Below, one piece after another: positions 57,133-64,000 of a stretch of DNA of 64,000 nucleotides. How positions within the stretch are numbered: position 1 is the stretch's first letter; every line of letters starts with the position of its first letter. The position numbers and the translations under genes were made by a program. Below the pieces are notes generated by a model, which was not told the origin of the DNA, ran no database searches, and worked only from the letters and a program-made list of their open reading frames with translations. Source of the DNA: Candidatus Kaiserbacteria bacterium (GTDB lineage: Bacteria; Patescibacteriota; Minisyncoccia; Phycocordibacterales; Phycocordibacteraceae); contig JARIGN010000032.1 in NCBI GenBank assembly GCA_029288835.1, forward strand, positions 15,090-79,089, given 5' to 3'.

Positions 57133-58410
57133 ATGTTTGACCGAGTCCTTCACAAAATACAGATAGCCTTCACTGACTCGGCGATCCGCACCCGAATCCT
57201 TTTTCTCGTGGGTGCCCTTGTCGTGTTCCGTTTTCTTGCGGCTATTCCGATTCCTGGCGTTGATCGTGCTGCCCTTGCGAATTTCTTCCAGAATAACCAG
57301 TTCCTTGGTCTTTTGAACGTTTTCTCTGGCGGTGGTTTTTCCCGTCTTTCTATCGTAATGCTCGGCGTGGGTCCGTACATTACTGCTTCTATCATCATGC
57401 AGGTGGCGACCTTCTTCATTCCCCAGATCAAGTACATGCAGACAGAAGAGGGTGAGGCAGGCCGCACGAAATTTATCATGTGGAGTCGCATGCTCACTAT
57501 TCCGATTGCTATTCTTCAGGGCGTTGCTTTTCTCTCGCTCCTTGAGTCGCAGCACATTATCGCAGGACCACTTTCTTCACTCGCTTTTGCAGCGAACGTT
57601 TTCCTTGTGGCAGGCGGCTCGGTCCTTCTTATGTGGATTGGTGAGCTTATTACGGAGTTTGGCATCGGAAACGGTGTCTCGCTCATCATCTTTGCCGGTA
57701 TCGTCGCTCGCATTCCTTCAGGAATTTCTCAGACCCTTTATACTGCTACCACGGCACAGATTCCTGCTTACCTCGGCTTTCTCGCAGTCGCGCTCGTGGT
57801 GATTTATGCGGTCGTCGCGGTTTCTGATGCCGAGCGCTCAATCCCAATAGCCTACGCACGCGCAACCCGGGGCCAGGCACTCCAGCAGGGAGGCGCTACC
57901 TATCTTCCTATCCGCGTCTTGCAGGTGGGCGTGGTACCTATCATCTTTGCGCTTTCGCTCCTGCTTCTTCCTCAGGTGGCACTTACGGGCCTTGCCGCTA
58001 TCGGCATAAAGGGCCTTGCAGGCGCGACCGCGTGGTACACGGCGTTCTCAAACAACCTTCTTGAGTACGGTATCGTCTACTTTATCCTCGTTATTCTCTT
58101 CACCTACTTCTACACTGCCGTTATCTTTGAACCAAAGCGTATGGCAGACAATCTCCAGAAGTCTGGCGCGTTTATTCCAGGCGTTCGTCCAGGTGGCGAA
58201 ACCGAAAAGTACATCAGCGCGGTGGTGCATCGCATCACGCTTCCGGGTGCAGTCTTCCTTGGTTTTGTCGCAGTCATCCCATTTATCATCCAGGGCATTA
58301 CGGGTATTACTTCAATTCTCGTTGGCGGTACCGCGCTCCTTATTGCGGTGCAGGTGGTTCTTGATTTGGTGCGAAAGGTTGATGCACAGGCTTCACTCCG
58401 AGAGTACTAA
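57133..58410 (+). CDS. secY: Preprotein translocase subunit SecY
   Basis: A 10-TM SecY pattern at the conserved post-rplO position. Confidence 0.95.
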   Translation: MFDRVLHKIQIAFTDSAIRTRILFLVGALVVFRFLAAIPIPGVDRAALANFFQNNQFLGLLNVFSGGGFSRLSIVMLGVGPYITASIIMQVATFFIPQIKYMQTEEGEAGRTKFIMWSRMLTIPIAILQGVAFLSLLESQHIIAGPLSSLAFAANVFLVAGGSVLLMWIGELITEFGIGNGVSLIIFAGIVARIPSGISQTLYTATTAQIPAYLGFLAVALVVIYAVVAVSDAERSIPIAYARATRGQALQQGGATYLPIRVLQVGVVPIIFALSLLLLPQVALTGLAAIGIKGLAGATAWYTAFSNNLLEYGIVYFILVILFTYFYTAVIFEPKRMADNLQKSGAFIPGVRPGGETEKYISAVVHRITLPGAVFLGFVAVIPFIIQGITGITSILVGGTALLIAVQVVLDLVRKVDAQASLREY

Positions 58411-58472
58411 TTCGCTGATTTCACACGTCTGACCTCAAGTTCCACGTCGAAGTCTGTTAAAATCGAATAATC

Positions 58473-59045
58473 ATGGGTAAACTCATCCTCGTCATTGGCC
58501 CTACCGGTAGCGGTAAGAGCGTGCTCATTAGCTATATTAAGGAAAACTTTCCGCAAATCTCCTACCTTGCTTCCTATACGACGCGCGAAAAGCGTCCAGG
58601 CGCAGAAAATTCCGCGTACCAGTTTTTAAGCGTTGAAGAATTTGAGCACATGAAAGAAGCAGGTGAGTTTTTGGAGTGGGCGCAGTTTGGTGGAAATTAT
58701 TATGGCACTTCTAAGCAGGAAGTGACCTCTGCGCTTTCTGCAGGAAAGGTAGTGCTCAAAGAAATGGAAGTGCAGGGCGTGCGACAAATTCAGGAAATCC
58801 TTACTCCCGAGCAGCTCGTCATCATGTATATTGATGCAGGAAGTTGGGAAGAGCTCGAGCGACGCGTTCGTGCCCGTGCGCCTATTACCGAGGAAGAACT
58901 TGAAAAACGAAAGCATCGGTATGAAGATGAAGTGCCGTTTAAGCAAACGGCAGACTACGTGATCCAGAACCTACCGGGCGAGCTTGAAAAGGCACAGGAG
59001 CAGATTCGAAAGGCACTAGAAGAGGTCATACACAGCGTGTCCTAA
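58473..59045 (+). CDS. gmk: Guanylate kinase
   Basis: P-loop GPTGSGKS and TTREKRPGAENSAYQFLSVEEF ... GEFLEWAQFGGNYYGT. Confidence 0.8.
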   Translation: MGKLILVIGPTGSGKSVLISYIKENFPQISYLASYTTREKRPGAENSAYQFLSVEEFEHMKEAGEFLEWAQFGGNYYGTSKQEVTSALSAGKVVLKEMEVQGVRQIQEILTPEQLVIMYIDAGSWEELERRVRARAPITEEELEKRKHRYEDEVPFKQTADYVIQNLPGELEKAQEQIRKALEEVIHSVS

Positions 59046-59067
59046 GAATTTCCTATATACTAAAGGT

Positions 59068-59646
59068 ATGAATACGAAAAATACGGTGCTTTTGATTGGG
59101 AAGCCGGGCTCGGGAAAGGGAACGCAGGCAAAGATGCTCGCTGAAAAGAAAGGATGGAAAAATTTCTCTTCAGGAGAGCGTTTTAAGGAGATTCGGGATG
59201 GAAACATGCCGTATTCTGTTCGCGTGAAGGAAGCATATGACAAGGGTGCATTTGCTCCTGATTGGTTCGCTGACTATCTCCTCGAAGATGCGCTCTTGAA
59301 TCTCGGCTCAGAGAGCGGGGTGGTGCTCGAGGGCTTTGGCCGTACAAAGGAGCAGGCGGCGCACGTGATGGACCTGCTTTCCTGGCTCGGGCGAGAGCTT
59401 ATTGTTTTAAATCTGGAAGTCTCTGACGAAGAGGTGGTGCGCCGCATGCTTAAGCGCAGCGAGACCGAACACCGCCCAGACAGCGACGGTGAAGAAAAGA
59501 TAAAGGCACGGCTTGCGCAGTACGAGGCAAACACTGCGGGAGCGCTCGCGTATTTTCGTGAGCTGGGTGTGGTACAGGAAATAAACGGCGAGCAGTCCCC
59601 GGAGGAGATTGCGGCAGAAATTGCGGCAATGCTTGGTAGTGAGTAG
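59068..59646 (+). CDS. adk: Adenylate kinase (short LID)
   Basis: GKPGSGKGTQA P-loop and a short LID without a Cys4 zinc knuckle. Confidence 0.9.
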   Translation: MNTKNTVLLIGKPGSGKGTQAKMLAEKKGWKNFSSGERFKEIRDGNMPYSVRVKEAYDKGAFAPDWFADYLLEDALLNLGSESGVVLEGFGRTKEQAAHVMDLLSWLGRELIVLNLEVSDEEVVRRMLKRSETEHRPDSDGEEKIKARLAQYEANTAGALAYFRELGVVQEINGEQSPEEIAAEIAAMLGSE

Positions 59647-59676
59647 CTATGCCTCTGGCAAATACGAATCAATAGT

Positions 59677-60459
59677 ATGATTGCCCAACCGCACGATATC
59701 GAGGGTCTCAAGGAAGCAGGGCGCAGGCTCGGTGCTATTTTGGAGCGGCTTGCGGGAGAGGTGCGGTTTGGCATTTCCACGCTTGAGCTCGATACGCTTG
59801 CGGAGCAATGGATTCGGGAAGGCGGTGACGAGCCCTGCTTTAAGGGGTATAACCCAGGCGGGCCAGCGGGAGGATTCCCGAATGCCTGCTGCATTTCCGT
59901 GAACGATGAAGTCGTTCACGGTTTGCCGCGCGCGGAGCGCGCCCTTAAAGAAGGGGACATCATCAGCCTCGACCTCGGCCTTTCACACAAAGGCTATGTG
60001 ATGGATTCAGCGCTCACGGTTCCCGTTGGCTCTCCCGCAAAAGTGCAGTCAAAGGTGCTCGAGCTGCTTGCGGTGACCGAAAATGCGCTTGCGGAAGGTG
60101 TTGCTGCTGCAAAAGTAGGTTCGCGCATTGGCGACATTTCTCATGCTATAGAAGAAACATACAAGGGTACTGGATTTTCAATCGTAAAAGCGCTGGGAGG
60201 GCATGGCGTTGGTGCTGAAGTCCACGAGGAGCCGTTTATCGCTAACTTCGGCCACGAGGGTACAGGGCCTGAAATAGTGCCGGGCATGGTGCTTGCGCTT
60301 GAGCCTATAGCGACCAACGGCAAGGCAAGTGTCTTAGTTGCTCCTGACGGCTTCACCTACCGCACGCGCGACGGCTCCTGGGCAGCACACTTTGAGCATA
60401 CTATTCTTGTGCTCGAGGATGAGACGGTCGTCCTTACCAAGCGGCCGAGTGAGAAATAG
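59677..60459 (+). CDS. map: Methionine aminopeptidase type I
   Basis: Metal ligands in the pattern D ... D ... H ... E ... E (ISLDLG, HGVG, EPFI, LALEP). Confidence 0.9.
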   Translation: MIAQPHDIEGLKEAGRRLGAILERLAGEVRFGISTLELDTLAEQWIREGGDEPCFKGYNPGGPAGGFPNACCISVNDEVVHGLPRAERALKEGDIISLDLGLSHKGYVMDSALTVPVGSPAKVQSKVLELLAVTENALAEGVAAAKVGSRIGDISHAIEETYKGTGFSIVKALGGHGVGAEVHEEPFIANFGHEGTGPEIVPGMVLALEPIATNGKASVLVAPDGFTYRTRDGSWAAHFEHTILVLEDETVVLTKRPSEK

Positions 60460-60545
60460 GCTCGGTAGCTTTTTGCTGGTTTTTCGCTATACTGCAGATA
60501 TTCAGCCGAAAGGCCATTTTTTATTAAGTTTATTTAACAACATCT

Positions 60546-61157
60546 ATGTCAAACCCACACCCTAGCACTGAGCGCACCTTTGTTATCGTGAAGCCAGACG
60601 GCGTGCAGCGCGGCCTTATCGGCGAAGTCATTAAGCGCTATGAAAACGTCGGCCTTAAGCTCGTCGGCATTAAAATGATGGTTGCAGAGCCAGGGCACAT
60701 CGAGCAGCACTACACCCTCGACCCAAACTGGCGCACCGTCACCGGCGAGAAGACCATTGAAAGCTATAAGAAGAAGGGCCTTACGCCTCCGTCTGAGGAT
60801 CCGCTTGAGATTACCGCCGTCATCCTCGCAAACCTTAAGACCTACATGACCGCGGGTCCTATCGTGTGCATGGTTTGGCAGGGAGCGCACGCAGTGAAGA
60901 TCATCCGCAAGATTACCGGTGGCACTGAGCCCCTCACCTCAGATGTGGGAACTATCCGCGGAGATTATGTCCTCGACTCATACCAGATGTCTGACACCGA
61001 TAACCGCGCGGTGCGCAACGTCATTCATGCCTCAGGCTCTCCTGAAGAGGCAGACATGGAAATTAAGCATTGGTTTAAGCCAAGCGAGCTCGTCGACTAC
61101 CGCCTCGTGAACGAGCAGATCATGTACGACGCAAACCTCGACGGCATTTTGGACTAG
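60546..61157 (+). CDS. ndk: Nucleoside diphosphate kinase with an approximately 45-aa internal insertion
   Basis: TFVIVKPDGVQRGL ... active-site NVIHASGS (His) region. Total 203 aa vs about 150 typical. Confidence 0.8.
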   Translation: MSNPHPSTERTFVIVKPDGVQRGLIGEVIKRYENVGLKLVGIKMMVAEPGHIEQHYTLDPNWRTVTGEKTIESYKKKGLTPPSEDPLEITAVILANLKTYMTAGPIVCMVWQGAHAVKIIRKITGGTEPLTSDVGTIRGDYVLDSYQMSDTDNRAVRNVIHASGSPEEADMEIKHWFKPSELVDYRLVNEQIMYDANLDGILD

Positions 61158-61178
61158 TCAAAACGCAAAGAGTATAAT
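61150..61178 (+). promoter_or_regulatory. Candidate promoter TGGACT-N17-TATAAT overlapping the ndk stop
   Basis: tTGGACTagtcaaaacgcaaagagTATAATgggcagGAAG. Confidence 0.45.
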
Positions 61179-61184
61179 GGGCAG

Positions 61185-61366
61185 GAAGCCATCCGTAAAA
61201 ACGCAACTTGCTCAATTTTAGGGAGGTTTAGATCCCGCGAACCTGCAAAGTCCGGGCGCAAGCAGGACTTTCAATGGCGCGCGATGCGACCACCCACGTG
61301 GCACAAAAAAGTTGCCACATCGCGGATGGTTTCCCAAAAAAGCTGCTCGAAAGAGCGGCTTTTTTG
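61185..61366 (+). ncRNA. Candidate structured RNA of about 180 nt (6S-like sRNA or cis-regulatory leader; class not determined)
   Basis: There is no ORF. A 12-bp terminal helix forms between GGAAGCCAUCCG (61185-96) and CGGAUGGUUUCC (61323-34), enclosing the hairpins CCUGC-AAAGUCCGGGCGCA-GCAGG and GUGGCA-caaaaaagu-UGCCAC. The unit ends at the intrinsic terminator at 61342-61366, and an SD/ATG of the next gene lies 18 nt after the terminator. Confidence 0.4.
61342..61366 (+). terminator. Intrinsic terminator
   Basis: GCTGCTCgaaaGAGCGGCttttttg. Confidence 0.7.
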
Positions 61367-61383
61367 TATACTAGGAGAGAACA

Positions 61384-61839
61384 ATGAAAAAGATACAAAT
61401 ATGTGGAGCTTTTCTGGGAGTGTTTGCAGTCGGCGTACTTTCGGGCGCTTTCCTATTTTCCTCAATTCAACCACGTCCCATAATCTCAGTAGCAAATTGC
61501 AGTACTAATTGCTTGAATAGTAGTCAAATTAAAGCTTTGCTGCTTTCTGCTGGCATACAGTATTTTCCCCAGACGCTCTCCATAGTGCAGGAAACAGATA
61601 CCGTACTTGTCATAAAGAGTCCTGAACCTGAGGCAAAAATTGACTATTTAGTACTCCCTAAGAAAGACATTAAGGATCTCGGACAGCTTACTGTAGATGA
61701 TCGAAAGTATCTTGATGATTCCTTTATGGTCATTGCTGAACTTATTCAACAAAATAACTACACCAATTATCAGGTGGTAATTAACGGACCCGACCGGCAG
61801 CGCCTCAATTACTTGCATGTTCATTTGCTCGTGAATTAG
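61384..61839 (+). CDS. HIT-like protein with N-terminal signal/anchor
   Basis: C-terminal histidine triad-like YLHVHLLV, N-terminal hydrophobic MKKIQICGAFLGVFAVGVLSGAFLF, and SD GGAGAG. Confidence 0.5.
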   Translation: MKKIQICGAFLGVFAVGVLSGAFLFSSIQPRPIISVANCSTNCLNSSQIKALLLSAGIQYFPQTLSIVQETDTVLVIKSPEPEAKIDYLVLPKKDIKDLGQLTVDDRKYLDDSFMVIAELIQQNNYTNYQVVINGPDRQRLNYLHVHLLVN

Positions 61840-61866
61840 AATATCTCCTTGTGCTACAGTAACTAC

Positions 61867-63306
61867 ATGCTAAAACTCACCTGCTATGGGGGCGCGGAAA
61901 TGGTAACGGGATCAAATTTTTTGGTAGAAGGGGAGAAGGGAAAGATTTTAATTGATTGCGGGCTTGAGCAGGGTAATGATTTCGCGGAAAAGGAGATGTA
62001 CGCGCCCTTTCCGTATGATGTGTCTTCCATCGATGCCGTCGTGATAACGCACGCACACCTCGACCATATCGGCCGCGTGCCGAAGCTCGTGAAGGAAGGC
62101 TTCCGCGGGAAAATCTACATGACGCCGCCTACCAAGGACCTCATGCAGCTTATGCTCGAGGACACCGTCGATATTCTGACTCAGAACGCGCACCAACTCG
62201 GTCTCGACCCGCTCTATACCGACGCGGACATTGCGAAGACCATGCCACTCGTCGAGACGCTCGACTATCACGAAGAGCGCGAAGTTGCTCCAGGGCTTTC
62301 TGTTTATCTCCGCAATACCGGGCATATTTTAGGTTCGGCAAGTGTGCGGATTAAAGAGGTCGGTCAGGGAGCTGGTGGAGAAAATAGTGCCGGCGAAGGC
62401 CTCTCCCTCGCACTCACCGGCGACATCGGCAACACTCCTTCGCCCTATCTTCCGGACTGGGAACCTATCACTGACGCCGACTATGTACTCATGGAAAGCG
62501 TGTACGGCGACCGCGCCGACACAGAAAAGGAAGACCGTGTAAGACTTTTGCGCGACACGCTTAAGAAAGCTATCGAGCGCGGCGGCACTATTTTAATTCC
62601 GGCCTTTTCAATCGAGCGCACGCAGCTCATGCTCTATGAAATCTCCCGCATGATGGAAGAAGGGGATTTGCCGCAGGTGCCGGTGTACCTAGACTCGCCG
62701 CTTGCTATCAAGGCTACCGAAATATATGAAAAGTGGATGCGCGAGCAGAAAGACAGCTCGCCATATTTTAAGCCTGCTGCTGAGGAAGAGCTGCACCGCA
62801 GGCATGACCTCTTTAAGTTTCCCTTTCTCACCGAGACCCTTTCTCGAGAGGAATCCCAGGAAATAGCAAAGGCACCAAACCCGAAGATAATTATGGCAGG
62901 TGCCGGCATGTCGCACGGTGGCCGCATCGGGCACTGGGAGCAGAAATACCTCCCGGACCCTTCAACCACGCTTCTCATTGTGGGCTACCAGGCTCCAGGA
63001 AGCCCAGGGCGGCTTCTTCAGGACGGTGCGCCCCATGTGCGTCTCGGCGGGGTGGACGTGCGCATAAAGGGCAAAATAGGGACATTTGTGGGGTGGTCAG
63101 CACATGCCGACCGGGACGGCCTGCTTGATTTCGCAAAGGCCGCACTCGATGGTCAAACTAAGGGCTTTTTTGTCGCGCTTGGCGAGCCGTCCTCAGCACG
63201 CTTCCTCGCACAGCGCATCCATGACTATCTCGGCTCGAATGCCATCGTGCCCGTTCAGGGCGAGAGCTTCGAGCTTAGTAAGCAGGGAATTAAGCGCTTG
63301 AAGTAA
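61867..63306 (+). CDS. MBL-fold beta-CASP family RNA-processing nuclease (RNase J/CPSF-like)
   Basis: The HxHxDH motif VITHAHLDHIGRVP, downstream D and H motifs (SVRIKEVGQGAG ... MESVYGDR), and the beta-CASP region HGGR ... GWSAHAD. The start was placed at MLKLTCYGG. Confidence 0.75.
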   Translation: MLKLTCYGGAEMVTGSNFLVEGEKGKILIDCGLEQGNDFAEKEMYAPFPYDVSSIDAVVITHAHLDHIGRVPKLVKEGFRGKIYMTPPTKDLMQLMLEDTVDILTQNAHQLGLDPLYTDADIAKTMPLVETLDYHEEREVAPGLSVYLRNTGHILGSASVRIKEVGQGAGGENSAGEGLSLALTGDIGNTPSPYLPDWEPITDADYVLMESVYGDRADTEKEDRVRLLRDTLKKAIERGGTILIPAFSIERTQLMLYEISRMMEEGDLPQVPVYLDSPLAIKATEIYEKWMREQKDSSPYFKPAAEEELHRRHDLFKFPFLTETLSREESQEIAKAPNPKIIMAGAGMSHGGRIGHWEQKYLPDPSTTLLIVGYQAPGSPGRLLQDGAPHVRLGGVDVRIKGKIGTFVGWSAHADRDGLLDFAKAALDGQTKGFFVALGEPSSARFLAQRIHDYLGSNAIVPVQGESFELSKQGIKRLK

Positions 63307-63312
63307 AACCTC

Positions 63313-63615
63313 CTAGCGGGCGAACACTTTTCCCTCAAGGTGATCGAGCCGTCTTTCAATGCGGACAAAGCCGCGTGCGGTAACTTCAGCTAATTCAGCA
63401 ATAGCCGTATCTACCTTCTCATCTATTTTCCTATCCAGGGCATCAATCTTGTCATTTGTTTTCTTAAATAAATCTATTGTTGTTTGAATAAAATAATCTA
63501 ACTTTGAATCAGTAGCTTCAGCCTTTTCAATAAAATAATCGAGCTTAGCATTGGTTTTGGTGATCATTTCTGTGAGTAGATCAAATTTTTCATCAGATGA
63601 ATGGGAAGTCGCCAT
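63313..63615 (-). CDS. Small coiled-coil protein, hypothetical
   Basis: A 100-aa ORF with a duplicated KLDYFI segment. Possibly leaderless, with a candidate promoter at 63627-63655. Confidence 0.4.
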   Translation of the reverse strand: MATSHSSDEKFDLLTEMITKTNAKLDYFIEKAEATDSKLDYFIQTTIDLFKKTNDKIDALDRKIDEKVDTAIAELAEVTARGFVRIERRLDHLEGKVFAR

Positions 63616-63732
63616 AAAGTAGAGTTAGTATTATCCCGAATAAAAGGTGCGTCAAGCGCGTCGCGGAAGTATAGCGTATTCACCTGAAGTTTTGCTTCAA
63701 AAGTTCTCAGAAATATATGAAAAGTGAGCCAA

Positions 63733-63819
63733 GGAAAATAGAAAAAGCTCCTTTGAAGTGAGTAAGACCGGCCAAGCGGCCTCGGAGCGCTCACTTCAAA
63801 GGAGCTTTTTCTATTTTCC
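63733..63819. terminator. Very long perfect inverted repeat (30-bp arms, 27-nt loop) downstream of rplT; bidirectional terminator-like
   Basis: The arm GGAAAATAGAAAAAGCTCCTTTGAAGTGAG and its exact reverse complement are present. The loop contains a nested CCGGCC..GGCC pairing. T/A-rich flanks lie on both sides. The rplT stop is 2 nt away. Confidence 0.6.
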
Positions 63820-63820
63820 T

Positions 63821-64000
63821 TTAAGACCCCACCTTCTCAAGCACACGCGTAAACACTGCTGGTTCCTTTTGAGCGAGCTCTGAAAGGACCTTGCGGTCGA
63901 GCTCGATGTTGCTCTTCTTGAGGGCAGCGATAAAGGTGCTGTATGACTTGTAGCCATTCTCACGAAGCGCAGCGTTGAGGCGGACGATCCAGAGGGATCG
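63821..64000 (-). CDS. rplT: 50S ribosomal protein L20, C-terminal part (5' end outside window)
   Basis: The reverse translation ...[53 protein letters not shown] matches the L20 C-terminus. Confidence 0.8.
   Translation of the reverse strand, partial: RSLWIVRLNAALRENGYKSYSTFIAALKKSNIELDRKVLSELAQKEPAVFTRVLEKVGS

Noticed and set aside
61236-61270. AAAGUCCGGGC motif suggesting RNase P RNA (rnpB)
   Set aside because: The enclosing transcript is only about 180 nt. No P4 3' strand, GGU-A-A J11/12-like or other rnpB hallmarks were found. Retained as an unclassified structured RNA instead.
1-64000. CRISPR arrays, IS elements/transposases, integrases, diversity-generating retroelement (RT + TR/VR)
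   Set aside because: No regularly spaced direct repeats, no transposase, integrase or reverse-transcriptase ORFs were seen in any frame. The large surface proteins therefore cannot be linked to a DGR within this window.

Overview
Most of this 64-kb window is conserved bacterial housekeeping DNA on a roughly 55% GC backbone. It carries hup, rny, clpP, ppa, nusA, a type IV pilus operon (pilB-pilC plus three pilin-like genes), tpiA-pgk, recJ, rnhA, a split comEC with sod in between, rpmB, an rpsL-rpsG ... fusA ... tuf block, and a long S10/spc/secY-type ribosomal-protein operon ending in gmk-adk-map-ndk. A beta-CASP RNase and the 3' end of rplT follow. The ribosomal proteins carry Lys/Ala-rich tails, there is no L30 gene between rpsE and rplO, the pilin-like proteins are very large, and there are many secreted proteins. 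Together these suggest a Patescibacteria/CPR-like reduced genome, but that is an inference. The notable part is architectural. The normally contiguous str and S10/spc operons are cut at least five times by accessory genes, several of them lower in GC. These include a His-rich HExxH membrane protein between fusA and tuf, a peptidoglycan-binding beta-helix surface protein between rpsJ and rplC, a patatin-like phospholipase with a 2-TM protein between rplB and rpsS, and a secreted protein between rplE and rpsN. Each insertion is bounded by recognisable intrinsic terminators, and a candidate attenuator leader sits 12 nt upstream of rplC. Three promoter-to-terminator units have no convincing ORF and are candidate small RNAs: about 185 nt between ndk and a HIT-like gene, about 300 nt between rnhA and comEC, and about 85 nt after pgk. 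No rRNA, tRNA, CRISPR array, transposase or reverse transcriptase was identified. All calls are from motif recognition in the translated ORFs and visual inspection of the DNA; no database searches were run.
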